NCBI GenBank assembly: GCA_963746685.1
Contig: CAVVBY010000033.1
Span: 472,386-536,385 of the forward strand
DNA: 64,000 nt
Source of the DNA: an uncultured Bacteroidales bacterium
GTDB lineage: Bacteria > Bacteroidota > Bacteroidia > Bacteroidales > VadinHA17
Direction: 5' to 3'
Of the stretch, positions 1-12,209 are shown piece after piece; within the stretch, counting starts at the first letter, position 1; each line of letters begins with the position of its first letter. The notes under the pieces were generated by a model, which saw nothing but the letters and a program-made list of their open reading frames with translations, did not search any database and was not told the origin of the DNA. Made by a program: the position numbers and the translations under genes.

Positions 1-917
1 GCCATGGCTGCTCTTCTCAAGGATGCAATAAAGCCAAATCTTGTCCAGACTCTAGAAGGTACTCCGGCAATAATTCATGGCGGACCGTTTGCAAACATTG
101 CACAGGGAACCAATTCAATAATAGCAACCAAAACAGGGCTTTCGCTGAGTGATTATGTAGTTACTGAGGCAGGTTTTGCCAGTGAACTTGGAGCCGAAAA
201 ATTCTTCGATATTAAATCACAGGTCGGCAATCTTACTACCAGTGCAGTCGTAATAGTAGCAACGGTAAGAGCGCTTAAATATCATGGTGGTGCTAAACTT
301 TCATCATTGAATAATGAAGATCTGGAAGCACTTATAAAAGGATTTGACAATCTTGACAAGCATATTGAAAATATGAGATACTTCGGATTCAGGCCTGTAA
401 TTGCGATTAACAGGTTCGATTCCGATACTGCTGCTGAGCTTGATCTCCTGGTTAAACATTGCACAATGAGAAATGTGAAGGTTTCTGTAAATGAAGCATG
501 GTCAAAGGGAGGAGAAGGAGCGGTTGATCTGGCAAATAAAGTGCTGGAAGAAATTTCCGACTACCACGAACAGCTTTAAACCGCTTTATGATCTGGAATG
601 GCCGTTTGAAAAGAAAATTGAAGACAATCTGCACTAAAATGTATGGAGCCGATCATGTTGAATATACTGTCAAAGCCAAAAACCAGCTTGACAGGATAGA
701 CAAGCTTGGTTTTGGCAACCTGGCCGTCTGCATTGCAAAAACACAAAAATCATTGTCTGACGATCAGAATAAAAGAGGCCGTCCGCAGGGATTTACGATT
801 AAGATAAGGGAAGTGGAACTCTCGTCTGGCGCAGGGTTTATTGTTCCGATCGCAGGCACAATAATGAGAATGCCGGGATTACCTAATGCTACCATCGGCA
901 GAAAAAATAGATATTGA
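1..917 (+). pseudogene. fhs: formate--tetrahydrofolate ligase, C-terminal ~300 codons (5' end outside window); frame changes near 572 and 628
   Basis: ORFs 4-579 and 588-917, plus a short bridging frame ([16 protein letters not shown]), read together as the conserved FTHFS C-terminal half ([27 protein letters not shown]). Confidence 0.9.
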
Positions 918-1019
918 TGCTGAAGGACGGATTTCAGGTTTGTTCTGATTAAAATTTCTTGGCTGAAGTTTTTCTTTTGGTTACTTTTAAAATGATTATG
1001 GTTTTAAGAGCTTAAAAAA

Positions 1020-1711
1020 ATGCAAAAAGTAGGCTACCCGGGTGTTTTTCTTTTACTGCTTATTGTCAATTTTACCATAGTTGATGCGCAGACTATGTTT
1101 AACAGACGTTTTCAGCCAAGGTATCTTTTCGGCATTAAGGCAGGGGTGAATGTTGCTAAGCCAGTATAGTCCTGGAAGCGAAGGAGTCTTTGAAGTGAAA
1201 AGTATCACCGGGATCAATGCTGGCGGGTATTACAGCTATTTTCTCAACAGAGTTATCGCCGTTCAGGCTGAATTATCTGTTTCCGGCAAAGGATCTCACT
1301 GGAGAGAGTACAATTATTCTCAGGAAGAGGCGAAAGACATTCTGACATATTTCGATTTGCCTTTACTGTATAAGATATCAGCCTCTTAATTTAATCAATT
1401 TTCACGCCGGACCTCAGGTGAGTTACCTGGCAAGAGCAATGCAATATGATTATGGCACCGGACTGAAAGGAGCTATTGATGATTATTATAAACCTTTGGA
1501 CTTTGGTCTGGTTTTCGGTGTTGAAGCAAATCTTCCGAATAAAATTGATCTGACTTTAAGATATGTGCGAGGTCTGGCATCTGTTTATGCACCCGGAGGT
1601 TATAATTATCAATCCTATAATAATTATTTTCAGTTAACTGCAGGTTACAGATTTGAAAAGGAGATGAAACTGCAAAGCAAATCAAAAACAAACATCAGAC
1701 GCAAAAGATGA
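1020..1711 (+). pseudogene. outer-membrane beta-barrel (porin-family) protein, frame changes near 1165 and 1375
   Basis: Signal peptide MQKVGYPGVFLLLLIVNFTIVDAQ starts at ATG 1020. It continues in ORFs 1150-1389 and 1418-1711 with alternating aromatic beta-strand patterns and ends ...LTAGYRF plus a basic tail. Confidence 0.6.
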
Positions 1712-1723
1712 ATATCAATTTAA

Positions 1724-4935
<3,212 letters not shown>

Positions 4936-4965
4936 CGATGTTCTGAAGCTGGCAAAGGAAAGATT

Positions 4966-5048
4966 TTAAAAAGTTGAAAAGTTGAATGGTTTAAAAGTTT
5001 AAAGATCATCAAACTTCAACCTTTAAACTCTTCAACCCTTTAACCTTT
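4966..5048. repeat. A/T-rich imperfect palindrome built from ~8-nt tandem words (AAAGTTGA / GGTTTAAA and complements); probable terminator for the convergent lacZ / PHP genes
   Basis: The left arm and the reverse complement of the right arm match at about 26 of 36 aligned positions by eye. Most mismatches are A versus G, which become G-U pairs in the minus-strand transcript directly after the PHP gene stop (5051). Confidence 0.55.
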
Positions 5049-5050
5049 GT

Positions 5051-6118
5051 TTAGTATTTCAATTCAACTTTCAGAACCTCATCTTCTCCGATAAGTACAT
5101 TTTTTACATCATATATCAGCGGAGCAGTAACTTTTTTGCTTACCACAACTCTTGTAATTCCATTTGCTGCCAGTGTTATTGATTGTGGAGCCTCGGGAAC
5201 ACCATTCACAAGATAGAAAGGTACATCTGACCTGTTTGTAACTTCGAAGTAGATGCTCTTTTCATTTTCAAAATAAGGCTTTCCGACAGAAATGCATTGG
5301 TAGAAGAATGGCTTTGCATATTCCTCCCTGCCAGCTATCATATCCCTGAAGTATGCAAGGGTACGTCCCGCAAACATAGCCTCTTTAAGTGCATCATGAG
5401 TTCTTGCTTTTGCAAATACAAGGGTCATGGGACGGTTAGTATAATATGGTTCGGTATATTCTTCGCTTATAACCCCATGATTATCGCTGTTAGCCATCAC
5501 TGCCAGGTTATATTGTTTACAGAATGTCATTACAAGAGGATAATATTCGCTGTCATTGAAAAACTCAATACCGTGGAGCCAGCCTTTTTCAATAAGAGTT
5601 TTATGTATCTCATACATTTTTGGTATTCCATCAGGTTCCTGCGATTTCCATCCGGGGTGATTCCATTGCAGAAATGCACCCTGCTTTATAGCAGCTTCAT
5701 ATGCATCCATAACTGAATCGACAGCTAAAAGCGATGCATCCTGTATGAATAAAGCATTAACATGTCCGGGAGGCATTTTGCGGGTTATTTCGGCACCATG
5801 GACAAGGATCAGGTTAAAATCCCTTGCAGTGGATTCTGCAATTTTCCAGCCTGCATTATAATCAACCGGGATGAAATCCTTTTTAGGAGTATATTCAATA
5901 TGATCTGTAATAGCTATGGCATCAAGTCCGTCACGATATGCTTCACCAACCCTGACGGTCGGCCATACATTACCGTCGGAAAAGATGGTATGCAGATGAA
6001 AATCACACTTAAGCGTGACATAACCCGGCAGATCCGGGAGATTTACGATTTTCCTTTGTCCAAAAGTGGTGAAACTAACTGTTACGATCAGTAAAATTGT
6101 GATAATCAGTTTTTTCAT
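5051..6118 (-). CDS. secreted PHP-domain phosphoesterase (Sb-PDE-like)
   Basis: 355-aa intact ORF with an N-terminal signal peptide, the PHP motif CDFHLHTIFSDG and DAIAITDH. Confidence 0.75.
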   Translation of the reverse strand: MKKLIITILLIVTVSFTTFGQRKIVNLPDLPGYVTLKCDFHLHTIFSDGNVWPTVRVGEAYRDGLDAIAITDHIEYTPKKDFIPVDYNAGWKIAESTARDFNLILVHGAEITRKMPPGHVNALFIQDASLLAVDSVMDAYEAAIKQGAFLQWNHPGWKSQEPDGIPKMYEIHKTLIEKGWLHGIEFFNDSEYYPLVMTFCKQYNLAVMANSDNHGVISEEYTEPYYTNRPMTLVFAKARTHDALKEAMFAGRTLAYFRDMIAGREEYAKPFFYQCISVGKPYFENEKSIYFEVTNRSDVPFYLVNGVPEAPQSITLAANGITRVVVSKKVTAPLIYDVKNVLIGEDEVLKVELKY

Positions 6119-6170
6119 GAAAATATTGATTTGTTTATAAATTATGCTTTTACTATCTGCATAAATTTGC

Positions 6171-6230
6171 TTGATCTGCGGGAAACAAAAAAATCTCCTG
6201 CAGATTTCACTGATTAGCGCAGATCAACAC
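6171..6230. repeat. copy 1 of a ~60-bp intergenic repeat (GCAGAT-word family)
   Basis: TTGATCTGCGGGAAACAAAAAAATCTCCTGCAGATTTCACTGATTAGCGCAGATCAACAC, with a 10-bp terminal inverted repeat TTGATCTGCG/CGCAGATCAA. Confidence 0.65.
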
Positions 6231-6239
6231 ATCATTATT

Positions 6240-6905
6240 CTAAATTTCCTCATAAAAATAAGCAGTCTTTTCATCGAAATCATCCCAGGTGTAAATTTTC
6301 CTTCCTCTGTGCATGGAATAGAAATTCAGCATTGCAAAATCGCCGGCACACATTGTGGCATGAACAAAAAGAAATAACGAAAGACTCCATTTCCACAATC
6401 CCGGGAGAATGAGAACAAGAAACAACACTGCAAGGCTAGTCACAAGGAACGGGACCAGGGCCACAAACCTGAACTGATTCTCAGTCGCGACATACCGGTG
6501 AGCAGTAACATAAAACATGTATTGTTTCAGATCCATGCCGATCCTTATGTTCCTGGCTCCTGTAAGATAATAAGGTATTATATGCAGAAGCTCATGCACA
6601 GGGATATATAGGATCGGAAAAATTATCAACCCCAGGCAAGTGTGAAGAAAGATGTTTCTAAAAGGAAAGTAACCACCTATATTGATCCTGACAAAAAGAG
6701 CGATTCCGAGAAAAACTATGCAGGACGACCAGAAAAAAACCATAAGGCCTGATTTTCTCCTGATATAATCAAGGACAAATTTTACCAGCTCGTCGTAAGG
6801 AATTTTAAGTATCTGCCTGTATTTTGACTGATCCTCAAGGTCTTCAACCCGTAATGCCATAAAAGAAGCTTTGCTCAAATTTAGCTTTTTGAGAAAGTAA
6901 AGCAA
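6240..6905 (-). CDS. DUF3267-like polytopic membrane protein with HExxH motif (putative zincin)
   Basis: 221-aa ORF with several hydrophobic helices and HELLH within PVHELLHIIPYY. Confidence 0.55.
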   Translation of the reverse strand: MLYFLKKLNLSKASFMALRVEDLEDQSKYRQILKIPYDELVKFVLDYIRRKSGLMVFFWSSCIVFLGIALFVRINIGGYFPFRNIFLHTCLGLIIFPILYIPVHELLHIIPYYLTGARNIRIGMDLKQYMFYVTAHRYVATENQFRFVALVPFLVTSLAVLFLVLILPGLWKWSLSLFLFVHATMCAGDFAMLNFYSMHRGRKIYTWDDFDEKTAYFYEEI

Positions 6906-6930
6906 AGGAAATGATGATAAATATAAAACA

Positions 6931-6958
6931 GAAAAGTGAAGCTTTCACTTCACTTTTC
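6931..6958 (-). terminator. hairpin after the beta-helix lipoprotein gene
   Basis: 11-bp perfect stem GAAAAGTGAAG/CTTCACTTTTC with a 6-nt loop. The minus strand is followed by TGTTTTATATTT. Confidence 0.6.
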
Positions 6959-7074
6959 TTAAGGTACCCTACTACCTAACCTTGCCACAGAGAGATTGCC
7001 CCTTTCCAAGGCTTATTTCTCAATGTCAGTTATAATTGTCTTCTCTTTTAACTTTTTATTACTCCTGAACTCTT

Positions 7075-8544
7075 TCAGTGGCCTCTCATATGGTGGTTAG
7101 TATCTCTTATTTCCTCAAGGTTATCAAAAATCGATGATCCCAAGGGCGTTTTAGGATTATGTTTTTTCATGTTTATAATGGTATTATTCTCCCCATTGTC
7201 TGTTACATTTCCCTCGAGATCTCCGCCAATAATCTTCCAGTTTTTAGTACGTACATCCAGAAGAACAGTAGTAATCGAATAAGTGGTATTGGAGAAGCAA
7301 TTGCCGATCATCATCCCATTCTCATTATAGGGGAATGGTAATGGTCCCATTATCCGTACTCCATATTGTCCAGTTCCGGTAAACCTGTTATGAAGTATCA
7401 TCATACCCATCATGTTAAAGCATCCGATACCTGTGTATGCATTGTTACTCATATTGAACCGGTTGTTCCTGACCTGAACAAGCATTGGTGATTCATCCGG
7501 AAAGAAATTACGGCGACGGTCATTGATAAGCATACCTCCTGTACCACCTGTAATGTTGAATTCATTTTGTTCAATTTTGCAGAATGACGGAAAGGTTTGG
7601 GGTGACTGTTCAAAATAATCAGGCCGGGGTGAGCTGTATATTTCCAGCCCGAAACGCGTCCCTGCAGGATTTAAAAATGTATTTCCTTCAACAGATAGTT
7701 TCATGGATATATTTGACCATATCCCAAGTGAAGCATAATAGATATTGTCGAAAAGATTACCATGGTTTTTTGCACCGGCAGTGATCTTCCCTTCCCTGAT
7801 TCCTTCAATGAGTGCCCCGTACAACCAGAAACCACTGAATGAACAATCAGTGATGGAAATATCAGTATTGAAAAGAGGAATGGTGCCCGGACCGGTCACA
7901 TTTTCTTTAATGCCGAATCCGGTTTTGAGCCCGTGGTCAATGTTATCCCAATTCCCCTCAAAACCAACATTGTTAATCACTGCGTTAATGTATTTGTCTT
8001 CTGAAGTGTACTGACAGGTGGCAGCTGAGAAAGCAACAAGGGCATCCAGCCAGTACTCACTGCCTGTACTTAATGCTCCGGGGGGTGTCTTAAGTGTCAT
8101 ATTGCTCATTTGAACATTGCCTCCTACGAATCTTATCAAAACACTGTTAAGATTCTGGCTGATCAGTGCGTCAACGCTGAGGTCGTTAATCGTTGTGATT
8201 ACTGTTTTTTCCTTACCTGCTCCCCTGAACTCGCCGTAAAACTCGCGTACCTCAATGAAATCAATATGGTAGGTGCCTTCTTTCAGTTGGACCACAGCCT
8301 CTGGCCCGTAAACTGACGCTTCAGCGAATGCATTCCTGAGATTCTCTGTATCGTCAGTTCCGTTTGGTTTGACAACAAAGGTTTTCTCATGTGCAAAAGG
8401 ATGACCTTTATGATCTTTCTCTGACATACCCGGCATGTCGAAGGACTGGTCTGATTTGCTACAGGAAAACAGCAGTCCTGTGACCACAATTAAAAGAAAT
8501 AGTTTTTTAAGTGTCTTCATAGTATAGATGTTTTGGTTAAGCAT
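7075..8544 (-). CDS. lipoprotein with predicted right-handed parallel beta-helix repeats, function unknown
   Basis: 489-aa ORF. The likely true start is the internal Met at 8520 (MKTLKKLFLLIVVTGLLFSCSKS, a lipobox). Repetitive N/G-rich strands (NNRFNMSNN, HNRFTGTG) are typical of beta-helix folds. Confidence 0.55.
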   Translation of the reverse strand: MLNQNIYTMKTLKKLFLLIVVTGLLFSCSKSDQSFDMPGMSEKDHKGHPFAHEKTFVVKPNGTDDTENLRNAFAEASVYGPEAVVQLKEGTYHIDFIEVREFYGEFRGAGKEKTVITTINDLSVDALISQNLNSVLIRFVGGNVQMSNMTLKTPPGALSTGSEYWLDALVAFSAATCQYTSEDKYINAVINNVGFEGNWDNIDHGLKTGFGIKENVTGPGTIPLFNTDISITDCSFSGFWLYGALIEGIREGKITAGAKNHGNLFDNIYYASLGIWSNISMKLSVEGNTFLNPAGTRFGLEIYSSPRPDYFEQSPQTFPSFCKIEQNEFNITGGTGGMLINDRRRNFFPDESPMLVQVRNNRFNMSNNAYTGIGCFNMMGMMILHNRFTGTGQYGVRIMGPLPFPYNENGMMIGNCFSNTTYSITTVLLDVRTKNWKIIGGDLEGNVTDNGENNTIINMKKHNPKTPLGSSIFDNLEEIRDTNHHMRGH

Positions 8545-8681
8545 TCAACCTGTTTTTTATATGAAGTTACACCTTGAAACAGGGCAGTACATAGCAATTT
8601 TTTATGCAAAACCTTATAATTTTTTTGCGGTTCTTTAAACCATGTTGCAAATGCATAAAAAACTTGCTCAAAGAGAGCAGC

Positions 8682-8742
8682 GGATCTCAGGGAGAACAAA
8701 AAACCTCTCAGATTAACGCAGTGGTTCGCGCAGATTTACACG
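8682..8742. repeat. copy 2 of the ~60-bp intergenic repeat
   Basis: GGATCTCAGGGAGAACAAAAAACCTCTCAGATTAACGCAGTGGTTCGCGCAGATTTACAC. It has the same orientation and the same position relative to a minus-strand stop codon as copy 1. Confidence 0.65.
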
Positions 8743-8805
8743 GAAAGTAGAAACATGATATATCCTGATGGAGTATTCTAAGAGGGAAATAAAACAATAT
8801 TAAGC

Positions 8806-10779
8806 TTACCGGACTTTTCTGGTATTATACTTCGTCAGTCCAATTTTTTCGATAATTGCCTGGAAGCGTGGATCATCACGGAGTATATCAAAATCAGGAT
8901 TTGTAGCTATCAGATCAAAAAAAGCATGTCGCTTCAGTTTTTGTTCCATATTTTTTTCAAGCCAGTAGATCGATTTTTCCTTATCCCCGAGAATAGCGTA
9001 CCACCAGGAAATGAAAAAAGGCTCGCCGCTTAATCCAAAGACAGGTGCAGGTCTATTAATATTTATATCGATCATCCAGATAAACAATCCTTCTATTCCG
9101 GATTTTCTATAAACTTCTGGTATCTCATCTGCATAATTGACTGTGTCAGTAGCTGTCCGTAAAATTTCCTGAAGTTCTTTTACAGCTTTCTCTCCTTCAC
9201 CCAGTTTTGTATAGTTGAGAAAAAACAACCAGTTATTCAAAATATAATTCTGCTTCATATCCCTTGCAATCTGGCACGACTGAATAGCTTCCCTGTGTTT
9301 GCCTTCAAAGTAATATATGTATGCATTCAGATTGTGCAGGACCCAGAAGTAGGGTTCTAGCTCAAGGGCACTGTTCATAAATGTGCGTGCCTCTTCGATA
9401 GGACCTGTTATCATAAGCAACTGAGCATAATACTGGTGAACAACAGGATAATTAGGCTTTAACTGAAGGGCGGTAAGAAATTCCTTGCGTGCTTCTTCAA
9501 AATTACGATCTCCCCAGGCGTGAAATGCGCCTTTTGCAGTATGTGCTTCAGCACAGTCCGGATCAATTTCAATGGCCTTTAAGCTTAACTCTTTCGCTTT
9601 GAGGAACCCTTCCTTTGTGGGAAGAAAGCCCCATGCTGACAGGTCAAACCAGGCTTGTGCCATTCCAGCATAAGCTTCAGCGAAATTTGCATCTGCAGCA
9701 ATAGCTTTCTCAAAATATTGCAGGCTCCCCATAAGTCCTTCTTTGTCAATATCGGTCCGCTGTTCGTTTATGGACCGATGGAGCAGAAAACGGCCTTTTA
9801 GGTAATAATCGTAGGCTTCTGAATTTTTGGTTGGCAGTTCACTGATTTGCTTGGCCTCATTGTCGGAAATCACAGCATTGAGTTTATTAGCCACCTGCAA
9901 GGCAATTTCACCCTGAATGCCTAGTATATCATTAAGTCCCCGGTCATAATTGGCTGACCACAGATGCTTATCGCGCCTTGCATCTATAAGCTGAATACTG
10001 AACCTCATCTTATTATCCTGCCGCCGTATACTTCCTTCTAGAACATTGCGGACCTTAATCTCGTGCGCAATTTCGCGTGATGTAAGTGTGGTCCCCCTGT
10101 AATGTTCCGACGTTGTCCGCGATTTTACGCTTAACTTGCTGATATGATAGAGGTTATTAAGGATATCCTCCATAAGTCCATCAGCAATATATTGATTTTC
10201 AGTATCATTGCTGAGGTTTTTAAACGGCAGGACTACTATAGAAAGATATTTGGAATCGCGGTGGGCCCCATTAAAAAAGATGATCGTAATGGTAAGTATG
10301 GCCATAACTACAGCAGCCATTATTAATAGCACTTTCCGGTTCACTTTCTTCCTGTTGACAGGAGCCTCTTTCACTCTGGCATACATGTGTTCCGGCTCAG
10401 AAGCATCCTGATCTTCCGGCAAATTCCTCAGCTTAACCTCTCCTGGCGGATATCCGTAATACTCATGGAAACATTTATTGAAGTAAGCCGGACTGCCAAA
10501 ACCAACTATATACGCAACATCAGATGCCGGACCGGAATGTTGCTGTAACAGTTCCATGGCGCGCTTCAGCCTGATCTCACGGATAAATTGTGTTATGTTC
10601 TGATCTTTAATTGACCGAAGTCTGCGGTGAATTACAGAACGGCTCAGCCCGGCTTTCTGGGCCAGTTCATTCACTCCGAAGTTCTGGTTTTGCAGGTTGG
10701 TAAGAACAATTCCGGAGAGCTTTTCAATAAATGCCTGATCTCTGGAAAGGAGCTCGGTCATGGCACTGTTTTCAATCAC
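8806..10779 (-). CDS. membrane-anchored AraC-type HTH regulator with periplasmic TPR domain
   Basis: 657-aa ORF. It has an N-terminal AraC HTH (ITQFIREIRLKRAMELL ... GFGSPAYFNKCFHEYYG), one TM helix (VLLIMAAVVMAILTITIIFF), and a long TPR-like C-terminal region. Confidence 0.75.
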   Translation of the reverse strand: MIENSAMTELLSRDQAFIEKLSGIVLTNLQNQNFGVNELAQKAGLSRSVIHRRLRSIKDQNITQFIREIRLKRAMELLQQHSGPASDVAYIVGFGSPAYFNKCFHEYYGYPPGEVKLRNLPEDQDASEPEHMYARVKEAPVNRKKVNRKVLLIMAAVVMAILTITIIFFNGAHRDSKYLSIVVLPFKNLSNDTENQYIADGLMEDILNNLYHISKLSVKSRTTSEHYRGTTLTSREIAHEIKVRNVLEGSIRRQDNKMRFSIQLIDARRDKHLWSANYDRGLNDILGIQGEIALQVANKLNAVISDNEAKQISELPTKNSEAYDYYLKGRFLLHRSINEQRTDIDKEGLMGSLQYFEKAIAADANFAEAYAGMAQAWFDLSAWGFLPTKEGFLKAKELSLKAIEIDPDCAEAHTAKGAFHAWGDRNFEEARKEFLTALQLKPNYPVVHQYYAQLLMITGPIEEARTFMNSALELEPYFWVLHNLNAYIYYFEGKHREAIQSCQIARDMKQNYILNNWLFFLNYTKLGEGEKAVKELQEILRTATDTVNYADEIPEVYRKSGIEGLFIWMIDININRPAPVFGLSGEPFFISWWYAILGDKEKSIYWLEKNMEQKLKRHAFFDLIATNPDFDILRDDPRFQAIIEKIGLTKYNTRKVR

Positions 10780-10838
10780 TTAAATTTACACAATATGTTA
10801 ATGCAAGTCAAGTTTTTTACCGTTGGCCCGTAATTTGA

Positions 10839-10846
10839 TACCTTTG
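10839..10846 (+). promoter_or_regulatory. Bacteroidota -7 box (TAnnTTTG)
   Basis: TACCTTTG, 17 nt upstream of the DUF4294 start. Confidence 0.45.
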
Positions 10847-10863
10847 TACCAAACATTGAATAA

Positions 10864-11479
10864 TTGAGAATTCTCTTTTCAATATTGATATCTCTTATTT
10901 TATTTGGTTAAGATTTCCGGACAGACTGATACCAGCAAACAAATAAATGATACTCTGCCAGAGAATTATTATCGTCTTCATTCTGTTGAAAGAGACGGGA
11001 TCAGCCTTCCGGAGATAAACATTAAGGAGGTGGTAATCATCGGGCGGCCCTCAACAGCCAGGAAATTCCCTTTCTACAGATATCAGCGGCTTATTTATAA
11101 CCTTAAAAAGGTCTATCCTTATGCGTTAGTGGTAAGAGCCAGGTTAGGAGCGATTAATGAGGGACTTGAAAAGATCCCTGATGAAAAAGACAGGAAAAAA
11201 TATCTCAGGCAAGCCGAAAAAGACATCTTTGGCGAATACGAGGATGATGTGCGTGATATGACAATAACCCAGGGGAGATTGCTTATCAAGCTTGTAGACA
11301 GGGAGACCCTAAATACTTCCTATGAACTCATTCGCCAGTACCGCGGAAATTTTTCAGCTGCATTCTGGCAAGGGATCGCTCGTATCTTTGGAACGGACCT
11401 CAAGGCAGAATATGATCCTTATGGCGAAGATGCCGTTATCGAAATTATCCTGCATGAATTGGAATCAGGTAACCTCTAA
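10864..11479 (+). pseudogene. DUF4294 family protein, frame change near 10905
   Basis: The TTG-start frame at 10864 gives the signal peptide MRILFSILISLILFG. The body (ORF 10904-11479) contains YELIRQYRGNFSAAFWQGIARIFG, typical of DUF4294. Confidence 0.6.
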
Positions 11480-11502
11480 CGGTCAATAAGACATTAACCG
11501 GT

Positions 11503-12057
11503 ATGAAAAGAATATTTATTGCAATAAAAGTGAATCCGGAAGGCGAACTGTTGAGAATGTTCTCATCGTTAAAGGCAGCGTTTGGAGCAGAAAATATCAA
11601 ATGGGTCGATCCTGCGAATTTACACCTGACCCTGGAATTTCTTGGAGATACTGAGGAAAAGAGGATAAGGGTTTTAAGCAGCATGCTTAAAGATAGCTGC
11701 GCCGGATTTGGTGAGTTCGATTTTAATCTGACAGGGACAGGTGTTTTCAAAAACTTCAGGGATCCAAGAGTTTTATGGGCTGGTATCCAATCGGCGGAAA
11801 GGCTGATTCAGCTTAATAACATTATAGCAGAAGGTTTAAAGCTTGATGGTTTCAAGATTGAAGAGCGACAATTCAAACCTCACCTTACTCTTGGACGCGT
11901 AAAGTCAGTAAGGGATACGGATAATCTTAAAACAGTACTTGATAGATACAGGGATAATCAGTTCCAGATCGTACACGTTAATGAAGTTATCCTTTTTGAG
12001 AGCATTCTATTTCAAACCGGACCACTATACAAACCTATAGGAAACTATCCTTTGTAA
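11503..12057 (+). CDS. thpR: RNA 2',3'-cyclic phosphodiesterase (2H family)
   Basis: 184 aa with two HxTx motifs (HLTLEFLG, HLTLGR). Confidence 0.85.
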   Translation: MKRIFIAIKVNPEGELLRMFSSLKAAFGAENIKWVDPANLHLTLEFLGDTEEKRIRVLSSMLKDSCAGFGEFDFNLTGTGVFKNFRDPRVLWAGIQSAERLIQLNNIIAEGLKLDGFKIEERQFKPHLTLGRVKSVRDTDNLKTVLDRYRDNQFQIVHVNEVILFESILFQTGPLYKPIGNYPL

Positions 12058-12069
12058 GAACATGAAGAT

Positions 12070-12141
12070 GGTATGAGGTATGAGGTATGGGGTATGTGGA
12101 AGAAAGGCTTTCCTCGCACCCCGCACCCCGTACCTCACACC
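12070..12141. repeat. heptamer-periodic imperfect palindrome (4 x GGTATGR, 12-nt spacer, 4 x inverted CCYCRYA)
   Basis: GGTATGA GGTATGA GGTATGG GGTATGT GG ... CC TCGCACC CCGCACC CCGTACC TCACACC. The arms match at 22 of 30 positions, and 7 of the 8 mismatches are transitions. Confidence 0.7.
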
Positions 12142-12209
12142 GGATTTAATTTGCATGTTTTCTGGTTCATGATTTTTTGCCATCTTTACCTGATCAATCT
12201 ACCTGATTT

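Noticed and set aside
4966-5048. Short tandem words here and at 12070-12141 as a degenerate CRISPR array.
   Set aside because: The units are 7-8 nt with no spacers and the arms are inverted copies of each other. No cas genes are present. They are hairpin-forming intergenic repeats.
5297-6094. Plus-strand ORFs (139 aa and 110 aa) inside the PHP phosphoesterase locus.
   Set aside because: They are antisense to an intact, motif-bearing 355-aa gene, and their Cys/Phe-rich translations look nonsensical.
6240-10779. The DUF3267 / beta-helix / AraC-TPR block as a genomic island or mobile element.
   Set aside because: There is no integrase, transposase, tRNA target or clear compositional shift. Only the two 60-bp repeats flank part of it. 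It is kept as a low-key finding rather than a mobile-element call.
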